From Candidatus Anstonellaceae archaeon (GTDB lineage: Archaea > Micrarchaeota > Micrarchaeia > Anstonellales > Anstonellaceae), in the NCBI GenBank assembly GCA_038891055.1, contig JAWAEU010000003.1, positions 26,856 to 90,855 on the forward strand: a stretch of DNA of 64,000 nucleotides. The letters run 5' to 3'. The first letter of the stretch is position 1, and every line of letters starts with the position of its first letter. Shown here one piece after another: positions 9,840 to 18,708 of this stretch. The notes beneath the pieces were generated by a model, which saw only the letters and a list, made by a program, of their open reading frames with translations, made no database searches and was not told the DNA's origin. A program made the translations under genes and the position numbers.

Positions 9840-10784
9840 ATGAGTGAGGATTCTTCTGATTTTGAAGGTGAAATAAGACGAGATTTTTTTGGTAGAACAG
9901 TAATCATCACTCCTTCTAGAGCTTTTAGGCCACATGATTTTAAGGTTAATAAGCCTAAAAAAAATCAGGACCCCTCAAAATGTTTCTTTTGCCCAGGAAA
10001 TGAAAATTTAACTCCTCCTGAAATAGATAGGACACCTCTGGAAGGAAAAGAAGGTTGGCTAAACAGAGTATTTCCAAACAAGTTTCCAGCAGTCCATCAA
10101 AATTGGAAAAAAGCATATGGTTTTCATGAAGTTTTAGTTGAGACCCCAGATCATTTCAAAACTCTTTCTGATTTGACCACAATAGAATTGTACCTTTATC
10201 TAAAAATGATTCAAAAAAGGCTATTAGCCAGAAAAAAAGACAAAAAAATAAAATATCCCTCTGTATTTAAAAACGAATGGGAGGAAGCCGGCGCATCCTT
10301 GGAGCATACTCACACTCAACTTGTTTTTTTGCCTTTTGTTCCAGACTATATAAAAACACAACAAAAAGTATTGTCAAAAAATTGTGAATTTTGCAAGATT
10401 TCTAAAAATAAGAAATTTCCAAAGATTTATCAAACTAAAAATTTTTGGTTTTTAGCCCCATTTGTACCAAAATACAAGTTTGAAACCTGGATATTGCCAA
10501 AAAAGCATATTGCATCTATTATCGATCTTTCTGATAGTCTTTTGGAAGAATTAGCCTCGATTTTATCAATAGCTCTAAAAACCCAAGACTCCTATCTAAA
10601 TTATCCTCCCTACAATATATTGTATCATTTTGCCCCATATAATATAAAAAATTTTCATTTTCATATCTCTCTTACCCCACGCTTAGCTAAATGGGCTGGA
10701 CTGGAACACCAAACAGGAGTTATATTAAATTCGATCTCACCTCAGTTTGTTGCTACTGAATATAAATTAAATTTAAAGCTCTAA
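9840..10784 (+). CDS. GalT-like HIT-superfamily nucleotidyltransferase (galactose-1-phosphate uridylyltransferase family)
   Basis: 314 aa with Zn-site CFFCPGNE and the HxHxQ active-site motif HTHTQL. Confidence 0.7.
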   Translation: MSEDSSDFEGEIRRDFFGRTVIITPSRAFRPHDFKVNKPKKNQDPSKCFFCPGNENLTPPEIDRTPLEGKEGWLNRVFPNKFPAVHQNWKKAYGFHEVLVETPDHFKTLSDLTTIELYLYLKMIQKRLLARKKDKKIKYPSVFKNEWEEAGASLEHTHTQLVFLPFVPDYIKTQQKVLSKNCEFCKISKNKKFPKIYQTKNFWFLAPFVPKYKFETWILPKKHIASIIDLSDSLLEELASILSIALKTQDSYLNYPPYNILYHFAPYNIKNFHFHISLTPRLAKWAGLEHQTGVILNSISPQFVATEYKLNLKL

Positions 10785-10785
10785 A

Positions 10786-12159
10786 GTGGTGAATATGTAT
10801 AGCAAAAAAATTCTACAAATTCTAAGAAAACAAAATATTGCTATTGGCGATAAAATAAAAATATCCTACCCATCAGAAAAAAAAGAATTCGAAGGAATTT
10901 TACTTCCAAAGCCAAGCGGCAGTTCTCCAAATACTATTTTATTAAAACTTTCATCTGGCTACAACATAGGTTTAGATATAGAGGGAGCTACTATAACTAA
11001 ACTTTCTTCTTCACTCTCCTTTAGAGTAGAAGAAAATAAAATCAAAAACAAAAATTTAGAAAATCAAAAATATGAAAATTCTTTTGTTTTATTAGGTGCG
11101 GGAGGAACTATATCTTCAAAGATTGACTATCTAACTGGGGCAGTAGACTCAAAATTAGATCCACAAGAAATTATTTCAGCCTATCCAGAATTAAAAGAGT
11201 TTGAACCACTAAAAACAAAGAATCTTTTCAACCTACTTTCTGAAAATATTGCGCAAGAGGAGTGGGAGATTCTGGCAGCTGAAATAAAATCTATTTTCGA
11301 TGATGGTGCTAATGCAGTAGTTGTTTTGCATGGCACAGATACTCTTTCATATTCTGCAGCAGCAATGAACTATGCATTGGAAGGACTGGCCAAACCTCTT
11401 ATTTTCTGTGGCTCACAGCGCTCTTCTGATAGGCCATCTTCTGATGCAAGGCAGAATCTCTTTTGTTCTTTAGTGGCAGCAAAAAATAAAATAGCTGGTA
11501 CCTATGTGTGTATGCACGCAACAACAACTGATGACTACAACTATCTTCATCTTGCAACCAGGGTTAGAAAGAATCACACCTCTGCAAGATGGGCCTTCAG
11601 ATCGATTGGAGTTAAACCAGTTGCAAAAATTTTTTTTAAAGAAAATCGAATAGAATTAAATGAAAGTTTAATTCTTCCAAAATATGACGAAAAGAGTAAA
11701 ATCAATCTAAAAAATAAATTTAGCAATTTAGTGCACCTCTGTTGGTCTTATCCTGGCTTGAATTTGGAGGAAATAAAGCATTGGTCAAAATATGAGGGCG
11801 TGGTAATAGCTGGAACAGGTTTGGGGCATTTGCCTATATACTCTCATAGAGAGGAAATACACAAAAAAATAATAAAAGAATTAAAAGAACTGGTAGAGAG
11901 CGGAGTTATTTTGGTTATGGCTTCACAGGCAATAGAAGGGAGAGTGATTTTACAAACTTATTCTACAGGAAGAATCTTAGATGATATTGGAATCATTGGA
12001 AACGGCTGTGATTGGTTAGTAGAAACAGCCTTTGTAAAACTATGTTGGGCTTTAGGCCAGAGTAAAGACCCAAAAAAAGTAAAAGAGTTATTGCTCAAAC
12101 CACTAAATTATGACATAACTCCATTTTCTTATATCGACATATTAGAACAAGATTTTTAG
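10786..12159 (+). CDS. gatD: Glu-tRNA(Gln) amidotransferase subunit D
   Basis: 457 aa. Asparaginase-like motifs GAGGTISS and HGTDT. The ORF-track start is a GTG; an ATG at 10795 preceded by GGTGA is an alternative start. Confidence 0.85.
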   Translation: MVNMYSKKILQILRKQNIAIGDKIKISYPSEKKEFEGILLPKPSGSSPNTILLKLSSGYNIGLDIEGATITKLSSSLSFRVEENKIKNKNLENQKYENSFVLLGAGGTISSKIDYLTGAVDSKLDPQEIISAYPELKEFEPLKTKNLFNLLSENIAQEEWEILAAEIKSIFDDGANAVVVLHGTDTLSYSAAAMNYALEGLAKPLIFCGSQRSSDRPSSDARQNLFCSLVAAKNKIAGTYVCMHATTTDDYNYLHLATRVRKNHTSARWAFRSIGVKPVAKIFFKENRIELNESLILPKYDEKSKINLKNKFSNLVHLCWSYPGLNLEEIKHWSKYEGVVIAGTGLGHLPIYSHREEIHKKIIKELKELVESGVILVMASQAIEGRVILQTYSTGRILDDIGIIGNGCDWLVETAFVKLCWALGQSKDPKKVKELLLKPLNYDITPFSYIDILEQDF

Positions 12160-12169
12160 GTGTTTTGGG

Positions 12170-13969
12170 ATGCTTTGTGGGCTTGAAATTCATCAGAGGC
12201 TTCAAGGAAAAAAATTATTTACTGCAGCTCCAGCGGTAGTCCCTATTACAACTAATCAAGTGGAAAATATAAAATCAATTAGATTTTTTAGATATTTGAC
12301 AGCTGCCTCAGGAGAATTAGGGAGTATTGATACTGCAGCAATTTTTGAAGCAAAAAGAGACAGGCTATTTTCTTATATCGCCCCACCTTCTACTTGCTCT
12401 TTAGTGGATTTAGATGAAGAGCCCCCAGCTTCAATAAATAAAGAAGCTTTGATTTATGCTCTTTCTTTTTCAAAGTTTATAGGGGCAAAAATAGTAGATG
12501 AAATTTATGTAATGAGAAAAATAGTAGTAGACGGCTCAAATGTAAGTGGCTTTCAGCGTACTGCACTAATTTCTCTGGGAGGAGAAATTAACGAGGAAAT
12601 TAAAATTCCAATTCAAACAGTTTGTTTAGAAGAAGAATCAGCTGGAATTTTATCACAATCTAATAAGGAAGTTATTTACAAATTAGACAGACAAGGAATA
12701 CCACTAGTGGAAATAAGCACTTCTCCAGTATTTAAAACAGCAGATGAAGCAAAAAAGGCTGCTCTCTGTATAGGTAGACTTCTTAGGCTAATTCCACTTA
12801 CTATGCGTGGTCTTGGATCTATTAGGCAAGACGTAAATATTTCAGTAGAAGGTGGTGCGAGGGTTGAAATAAAGGGCCTACAAAATATAGAGCTTCTAGA
12901 CGCTCTAATAAATAATGAAGTAAAGAGGCAGCTTGAACTAATAGAGATAATAAAAGAAATAAAGAGAAGGGATGTAGATTTTTCTTTAATGATAAGCAAA
13001 GATGTGAGTAAGATTTTTGTAGAAAGCCAATGTAAAATATTTTCAAACGCTCTAAAAGAAAAAGGAGTGGTCTATGCACTTAAAATTCCAAAATTCAAGG
13101 GCCTTCTTGGAAGAGAGCTCTATACAAACAAAAGGTTTGGAACTGAAATCTCAGATTATGCAAAAATATATTCGCAGATAAAAGGTTTAATCCACAGCGA
13201 CGAAAACTTAGAGAAATACAAAATTTCCTCAAGCGAAGTGGCAGCCTTAAAAAAAGAACTACAATTAGATGAAGAAGATAGTTTTATTTTAGTTGCAGAT
13301 AACCAGCAAATTGTAAAAAGAGCCCTAGAGGCAATAAAAGAAAGGCTAAAGTTTGAGTTTGTGCCTTCTGAGACAAGAAAAGCAAATGAAGATGCTTCCT
13401 CTACTTTTTTAAGGCCAATTAGTGGTTCAAGTAGACTCTATCCAGAAACTGATCTAAGGCCAATTAGAACAAAAAATTATTTGAATTCATTATTTAAAAT
13501 AGTTCCTTATTCAGAAAGATTAGAAAAGTATCAAACTCTAGTAGGAAGAGATTTAGCAGTCCAAATTCTCAATTCTCATAACCTATTTTTATTTGAAGAA
13601 TTTTTAGAATTAGGTTTAGATCCAAAACAATCTGTTTTGATTTTAGAAAAATATTTAGTAGAATTCAAGAGGGATGGTTTAGCTGTTGAGAATTTATCTA
13701 AAGAAATTTTAATAAAGGCATTAGAGCTATATGCTAAAAAAGCTATTAATTCATTTGCTCTTGTGGAATTGCTTAGAGAGGCTTTAGTCTTAAATATGTT
13801 TGACTTAGAGAAACTAGTTGCACAAAGAAATCTTTTTCAACTAAGCTTTAATGAGACAAGAGATTTATTTGAAAAAGAGGGGAGAGATCTTAAAAAATTT
13901 ATGCAAAGATATAAACTAGTTGCAAATTCTGATTTTTTAAAAAAGCTCTCCTCTAATTCTAAAGAATAA
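12170..13969 (+). CDS. gatE: Glu-tRNA(Gln) amidotransferase subunit E
   Basis: 599 aa. N-terminus CGLEIHQRL is typical of GatE/GatB. AGGTG ribosome-binding site ~9 nt upstream. Immediately follows gatD. Confidence 0.85.
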   Translation: MLCGLEIHQRLQGKKLFTAAPAVVPITTNQVENIKSIRFFRYLTAASGELGSIDTAAIFEAKRDRLFSYIAPPSTCSLVDLDEEPPASINKEALIYALSFSKFIGAKIVDEIYVMRKIVVDGSNVSGFQRTALISLGGEINEEIKIPIQTVCLEEESAGILSQSNKEVIYKLDRQGIPLVEISTSPVFKTADEAKKAALCIGRLLRLIPLTMRGLGSIRQDVNISVEGGARVEIKGLQNIELLDALINNEVKRQLELIEIIKEIKRRDVDFSLMISKDVSKIFVESQCKIFSNALKEKGVVYALKIPKFKGLLGRELYTNKRFGTEISDYAKIYSQIKGLIHSDENLEKYKISSSEVAALKKELQLDEEDSFILVADNQQIVKRALEAIKERLKFEFVPSETRKANEDASSTFLRPISGSSRLYPETDLRPIRTKNYLNSLFKIVPYSERLEKYQTLVGRDLAVQILNSHNLFLFEEFLELGLDPKQSVLILEKYLVEFKRDGLAVENLSKEILIKALELYAKKAINSFALVELLREALVLNMFDLEKLVAQRNLFQLSFNETRDLFEKEGRDLKKFMQRYKLVANSDFLKKLSSNSKE

Positions 13970-13975
13970 GTATTT

Positions 13976-14797
13976 TTATGATTCTTTATCCGGATATTGG
14001 TATTCTTTATTTTCTTCAAATTGTTTTCTTCCATACCAAAAAATTTCTAAAAACTCTCTGGAATATTGTAAGTAATGCGGATCAGAGCAATGTATTTCAA
14101 GGGTAATAGTGTTATCATAAAATTGTTTTAATTTCTCTAATATTTTTTTTATCTCTATATTTCCTGCCCCTAAAGGAAGATGGTCTATATCTTTTTTTCC
14201 ATCGTGTAGATGTACATGTTTAATGTAATTTTTAAATTCTTCCATCAGCCTTTCTGCACCTTCTCTAAAGTATGTTTCTGCATGGCCTATGTCCAATGTT
14301 ATTTTTATTTCTGTTTGAGTTAAGATTTTTTTATACTCTTCTAAATTTAAGGCTTTCTCGTCCACTGTTTCTAAACAAAGTGTTAGACTAAAATTATTTG
14401 CAATTTTTTCTATATTTTTTAGTGTATCTAAAGTCCTTTCAAACATTTTTTTTCTGCTCTGACAAGAGTGAGGGGTTATCAAATCTGGATGAATTGTAAC
14501 TATTTTCGAGCCCAAGTGGGAAGCTATAAATAATGCATTTTCAATTTCTTTGTTAGTAGCATTTTGGATTCTTTCATATGGATAAGCAAGGCTGAAATAC
14601 CATGGAAGATGGGCAAGAAGGCCCAAATTATAACTTTCTAAAGCCTCTAAAATTTTCTTTTTGTTTTCATTTATTTTTTTTGGAGTTGCTGCTGGATATT
14701 CAATAGTCAATTCAAAAAAATCAAAGTTGGACTCACCAACAAAGTAGATTTCTTCAATTAAATCTCTATGTGGATTATTCATTGCTCCGCTTATCAT
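13976..14797 (-). CDS. xylose-isomerase-like TIM-barrel protein (AP-endonuclease-2 family: sugar-phosphate isomerase/epimerase or Endo-IV-like)
   Basis: 273 aa with metal-ligand motifs TIHPD, DIGHAE and HVHLHDGKKDIDHLPLGAGNI. I cannot separate an isomerase/epimerase from an endonuclease IV by sequence alone. Confidence 0.55.
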   Translation of the reverse strand: MISGAMNNPHRDLIEEIYFVGESNFDFFELTIEYPAATPKKINENKKKILEALESYNLGLLAHLPWYFSLAYPYERIQNATNKEIENALFIASHLGSKIVTIHPDLITPHSCQSRKKMFERTLDTLKNIEKIANNFSLTLCLETVDEKALNLEEYKKILTQTEIKITLDIGHAETYFREGAERLMEEFKNYIKHVHLHDGKKDIDHLPLGAGNIEIKKILEKLKQFYDNTITLEIHCSDPHYLQYSREFLEIFWYGRKQFEENKEYQYPDKES

Positions 14798-14834
14798 TTT
14801 TCTATATTAAAAATTTAGATTTATATAACTTTTC

Positions 14835-15662
14835 TTATTTTGACAAAATCTTAGTAGCAATCTCTTTTAGTTTTTCTACTCTCTTTTCTTTTAGACCAAT
14901 TTTTACTAATTCAGCGCTAGAGGTGTGAACAAGTTCCTTTAATAAAATTATATTGTTGTTGTGTAATTTCACAAATTCATCTCTCTTTAGTCCCTTTATT
15001 AGAGTTATTGGATACAATTTATTTTCTTCAATTCTCTGTTGTATGCTCTCATTTTTTGGAAAAGACCATCCCAAAAGTTTTAAGCCTACGCAATCAGAAT
15101 ATTGAATTACATCTCCACTAAATTTTGTATTTGTGACCAACCAGCAACTATCTATTTCTGGGTTAACCTCTTTTATATCCAAATATCTTGCCCAAGTATA
15201 GAGAGCAGATTGTATACTGCATTTTATATGTGGGGCATTGTGAAACTTGCATTCTATAATTATTTTTTTTATTTTTTCTCCTTCTTCTCTGGTTGCAAAG
15301 ACATCTATTTCATGGGTTATACATTTTCCTGCAATAATTTGTCTGGTTTTAGTTTGATAATTTCTTCCTTTTAGCAAAGCTGCTATAAAAGTTTCAAACG
15401 GATAGCCATCTGGGCCCATTCTAATCAAAGCATTTTTTAGGCTAAATCTAGCAGCAGCCTCAGGCTCTAAAACATCTAAAGCCTCAAAGGCTAATTTGTA
15501 TATTTCTTTTGTGCTTATATTTGGTTTTATCTCTTCGGCTATGCTGTCTATAACTTCTTCGATTAGTGCATATGAAGCTCCAGCTCTTCTCAAAGCAGTT
15601 CTAATTTTATTAAAATCTAAAGGCTCTAAAGTACCATCAGATTTTTTTACTAATATTTGCAT
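14835..15662 (-). CDS. ATP-cone domain fused to an Mrr-like PD-(D/E)xK nuclease domain and a C-terminal HhH
   Basis: Residues 1-90 are a canonical ATP-cone (MQILVKKSDGTLEPLDFNKIRTALRRAG...). A restriction-endonuclease-like core follows (FETFIAALLKGRNY..., EIDVFAT..., IIIECKFH). The C-terminus carries an HhH-like ELVKIGLKEKRVEKL. Confidence 0.6.
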   Translation of the reverse strand: MQILVKKSDGTLEPLDFNKIRTALRRAGASYALIEEVIDSIAEEIKPNISTKEIYKLAFEALDVLEPEAAARFSLKNALIRMGPDGYPFETFIAALLKGRNYQTKTRQIIAGKCITHEIDVFATREEGEKIKKIIIECKFHNAPHIKCSIQSALYTWARYLDIKEVNPEIDSCWLVTNTKFSGDVIQYSDCVGLKLLGWSFPKNESIQQRIEENKLYPITLIKGLKRDEFVKLHNNNIILLKELVHTSSAELVKIGLKEKRVEKLKEIATKILSK

Positions 15663-15700
15663 ATCTTTTTTTGTTTGCTAATAATTAAAATTTTTTTGTT

Positions 15701-16414
15701 TTAAGAAAATTTTTTCAAAATCAAAATAAATGAAATCAGAGGTATTTGATGAGTTAGATATATAATTAAGCTATTTCTTCCTAAAATTGCAAGATATTTT
15801 TCTATCCATATTTTTTTTTCCTCCAAGTTCACCTTTTTTTGTATATATATTTTTTTACCAACATACATTCCTAAGAAAACCAGTCCAATCCAAGGAAATA
15901 TAGGAAAATAATCTATTGAATAAATCGGATAGTAATACCCAACAATAAAAAGTAGAAAATTATCTGTCTGATTTTCATTTATTATTTTTCCTATTGTTAT
16001 TGAGAGCATTGCCAATATCGCATTTAATCTCTCAAATCTAGCAAAAAAATGACAAAAAAATACAGCAAAAGAGATAAAGTGAATTACTCCCCATCTTATC
16101 CAGCCTTGTGGGTAGAAGATGTAACTAATAGCAGAAATAGCCAATGCAACAACGAATAATTTTAAACTCCTAGTTAAATATTTTTTTATTCTAGTTTTGT
16201 AATCTGAATTTTTTATTTTCTCATAGCTCAAGCTTAGAGATATTCCCACCACTACTATCATTATACTTGCAGCTGCCAATCCAAATAGTTTTAGTACTCC
16301 TTCAGTTGGGTCAATATCCACAATTCCAAAAAAATAAGAATCAAAAAATATATGATATATTACCACTAAGGTTATACCAAGCCCTCTTAATGCATCCACT
16401 TGCTCAATTCTCAT
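15701..16414 (-). CDS. DUF1624/acyltransferase-3-like integral membrane protein
   Basis: 237 aa, multi-TM. N-terminus RIEQVDALRGLGITLVVIYH is typical of this family. Confidence 0.5.
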   Translation of the reverse strand: MRIEQVDALRGLGITLVVIYHIFFDSYFFGIVDIDPTEGVLKLFGLAAASIMIVVVGISLSLSYEKIKNSDYKTRIKKYLTRSLKLFVVALAISAISYIFYPQGWIRWGVIHFISFAVFFCHFFARFERLNAILAMLSITIGKIINENQTDNFLLFIVGYYYPIYSIDYFPIFPWIGLVFLGMYVGKKIYIQKKVNLEEKKIWIEKYLAILGRNSLIIYLTHQIPLISFILILKKFS

Positions 16415-16418
16415 CTTT

Positions 16419-17213
16419 TCACTTTGAATTTAAAATTTCAATTAGTTCTTTATAAGTAGTTTTATTAGATGCTACAAAGTTTGTACTATCTAAAGTGTAT
16501 GGGGTGCCATCTAACTTACTCACTATACCTCCAGCCTCTTTGACTATTAAAGCTCCAGCTGCAACATCAAAGGGCTTTATTCTAAACAAAATAGCAGCGT
16601 CTGCATATCCTTGTGCAACATATCCTATCTCAAAAACTGCAGCTCCAAGATGGCGAATATGAAAAACTTTTTTATGAAGTTGTTTTAATTTTTCAAAAGT
16701 ATCTGCAATATTTTCTCCTTGAGCATAGCAAGCCAAAAGCATAGCTTGGTCTATTTTTCTTTGTGAAACTTTCAATTTTCTTATTTTTTTTACTTTGTTT
16801 TTATAAATTTTATATTCCCATGCGCCCTCGTGTTCTTTTGCAAACAAAATAGTATTAAATTTTGGATAGGCTATTGCTCCATATTTTAAATTAGAGCTGC
16901 TTGCATATGCAATACTAATTCCCCACAGATCCAGCCCATAAGCATAATTATTTGTACCATCTAAAGGGTCAATTATCCAGCAATTTTCATCTTTTAAGTC
17001 CTCTGATTTACCCAAATTTTCTTCAGAATATATTTTATGGTGTGGAAAATACTTTTTTATTTGATCTTTTATTATGTTTTGTGAGGAAAAGTCAGCACTC
17101 GTAACCAAATCTCTTGGACTTTTTTTATAAATTTCTTTATTTGATTGTAGTTTTAGCAACTCTCCACTACACTTTATTAAAGAATTAAAAATTATTTTTT
17201 CTATTTTGTTCAT
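16419..17213 (-). CDS. suhB: inositol monophosphatase / FBPase-IV family phosphatase
   Basis: 264 aa with the motif WIIDPLDGTNNYAYG. Confidence 0.8.
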   Translation of the reverse strand: MNKIEKIIFNSLIKCSGELLKLQSNKEIYKKSPRDLVTSADFSSQNIIKDQIKKYFPHHKIYSEENLGKSEDLKDENCWIIDPLDGTNNYAYGLDLWGISIAYASSSNLKYGAIAYPKFNTILFAKEHEGAWEYKIYKNKVKKIRKLKVSQRKIDQAMLLACYAQGENIADTFEKLKQLHKKVFHIRHLGAAVFEIGYVAQGYADAAILFRIKPFDVAAGALIVKEAGGIVSKLDGTPYTLDSTNFVASNKTTYKELIEILNSK

Positions 17214-17270
17214 ATTTTAATTAATCTAGCAATATTTTAAATTTAATTTGCTATAAATTATTTAGTTAGT

Positions 17271-17363
17271 GGGCTCGTAGCTCAGCTTGGATAGAGCAGC
17301 AGCCTTCTATTGCACTATAAAGAAGAGAGCTGAAGGTCGTGGGTTCAAATCCCACCGAGCCCG
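17271..17363 (+). tRNA. tRNA-Arg(TCT) with a putative ~18-nt intron 3' of anticodon position 37
   Basis: Hand-folded. Acceptor GGGCTCG/CGAGCCC, D-arm GCTC/GAGC, anticodon stem GCAGC/GCTGA with loop CTTCTAT, T-arm GTGGG-TTCAAAT-CCCAC. At 93 nt it needs an ~18-nt insert (TTGCACTATAAAGAAGAG) after the anticodon loop. Confidence 0.55.
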
Positions 17364-18506
17364 TTAATTCAATATTTCTATAATTTTTTTCTTATAATCC
17401 TCTAATCCAAAATATTTGCCTTTTTTACTATAATAAATATCTTTATCTGAGATTATTATTATAATTTTTTTACAAATTCTATCTTTTTCTTCTTGCCAAC
17501 AGTATATCAATTCTCCTGAATCCAACACCTCTATATTTCCTACATATCTTCCATTTTGTGGTTCAAACAATTCTGATTTTTCTAGTAATCCTAACTCCTC
17601 AGAGTTGTTTATATTATTTTTTGAAATTCCAACAACACAATGCCCTTCTGTTTCACTATTTAAATAACAAATCGAATAAAAATAGCTCTCAGTTATTTTT
17701 AGAGAAGGATGGGCAATAGAATCAGGGTAATACCAATAGCTTTCTTGTGGGTCTCGCTTAAGTGGATAGATTATATAATAAGTTCCAGGATTTGGTTTGA
17801 AAAGTTCAATAGTAACATTAGTGGATTTGAGTTTAAGCTTTAGTGTATTTAGCAAGGCTTTAAAAAATAACGAATAATCCTCGCAATCTCCTCCCCCTCT
17901 ATCAATCGTCTGTTTTATCCCTTGTAAAAAATCAATTTTTCCTATTTGACTGTCGTTTTTGTATTTTATAGAAATAGCAGTATTTTCCATTAGATATGCA
18001 ATACAACCTAAATTTAGTTTATTTTTATACACACAATCTTTTTCTATCCTCTCAAGCAATATGTCGGAATTCCAGCTATAATTTTTTTCAATAAAAGAAT
18101 TTTGCTTAAACCATTCCATAGATTTATTTATCTCTTCTAAAATTTCCACATATTCTTCTTTTAATTTTTTAAGTTCACTTTCTTTTTGTATTTTTTCTCT
18201 CTCGACTTTTTCTATACTCTTTTGTTTTTTCTCTAATTCTTCTTTAAGCTGGTTGTTTTCATCTATTTTTTGTTTTAATTCACCTCTGGCATCATCCAAT
18301 TCCTTTTTAATCAATCTGTTTTCTTCCACCACTCTTTTAATTTCCAAATTTAGCTGCTCTATTTTTTTTGTTACACTCTCTTTATAATTAAAAAATTCTC
18401 TTTTTATTTCTTCCAATTCTTTATTTTTTTTATTAACCTCTAAGTAGAATAAAACTAAAAGTAAAATAAAAAAAATTGTTATAAAAAATTTAAAAAAATT
18501 TTTCAT
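17364..18506 (-). CDS. membrane-anchored coiled-coil protein with transglutaminase-like cysteine-protease core
   Basis: 380 aa. N-terminal TM helix, ~120 aa of E/K-rich coiled coil, then the TGase-like core GGGDCEDYSLFF (Cys) and EGHCVVGI (His). Confidence 0.55.
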   Translation of the reverse strand: MKNFFKFFITIFFILLLVLFYLEVNKKNKELEEIKREFFNYKESVTKKIEQLNLEIKRVVEENRLIKKELDDARGELKQKIDENNQLKEELEKKQKSIEKVEREKIQKESELKKLKEEYVEILEEINKSMEWFKQNSFIEKNYSWNSDILLERIEKDCVYKNKLNLGCIAYLMENTAISIKYKNDSQIGKIDFLQGIKQTIDRGGGDCEDYSLFFKALLNTLKLKLKSTNVTIELFKPNPGTYYIIYPLKRDPQESYWYYPDSIAHPSLKITESYFYSICYLNSETEGHCVVGISKNNINNSEELGLLEKSELFEPQNGRYVGNIEVLDSGELIYCWQEEKDRICKKIIIIISDKDIYYSKKGKYFGLEDYKKKIIEILN

Positions 18507-18570
18507 ATTTATAATTCTCTTTTTAGCTTTTTAATATTCTTCTCCTAAATCAAAAAAAAAGAAGTAAAAT

Positions 18571-18644
18571 TGCCAAGGGCCGGATTTGAACCGGCAACAC
18601 ATCGGTCTTCAGCCGATTGCTCTCCCAGGTTGAGCTACCTTGGC
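18571..18644 (-). tRNA. tRNA-Phe(GAA)
   Basis: The reverse complement folds as GCCAAGG...CCTTGGC-A with anticodon loop CTGAAGA and T-loop TTCAAAT. Confidence 0.85.
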
Positions 18645-18708
18645 ATTTTCACAATTATAATTTTTGTTAGCAACATTTTTATATTGTTTGTTTTATATTA
18701 ATTAATTT

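Noticed and set aside
13976-14797. Calling the TIM-barrel protein specifically endonuclease IV (nfo)
   Set aside because: The motifs (HPD, D.GH.E, HLHD....H..G.G) are shared by the whole xylose-isomerase-like superfamily, and the spacing differs from E. coli Nfo. Kept as a family-level call only.
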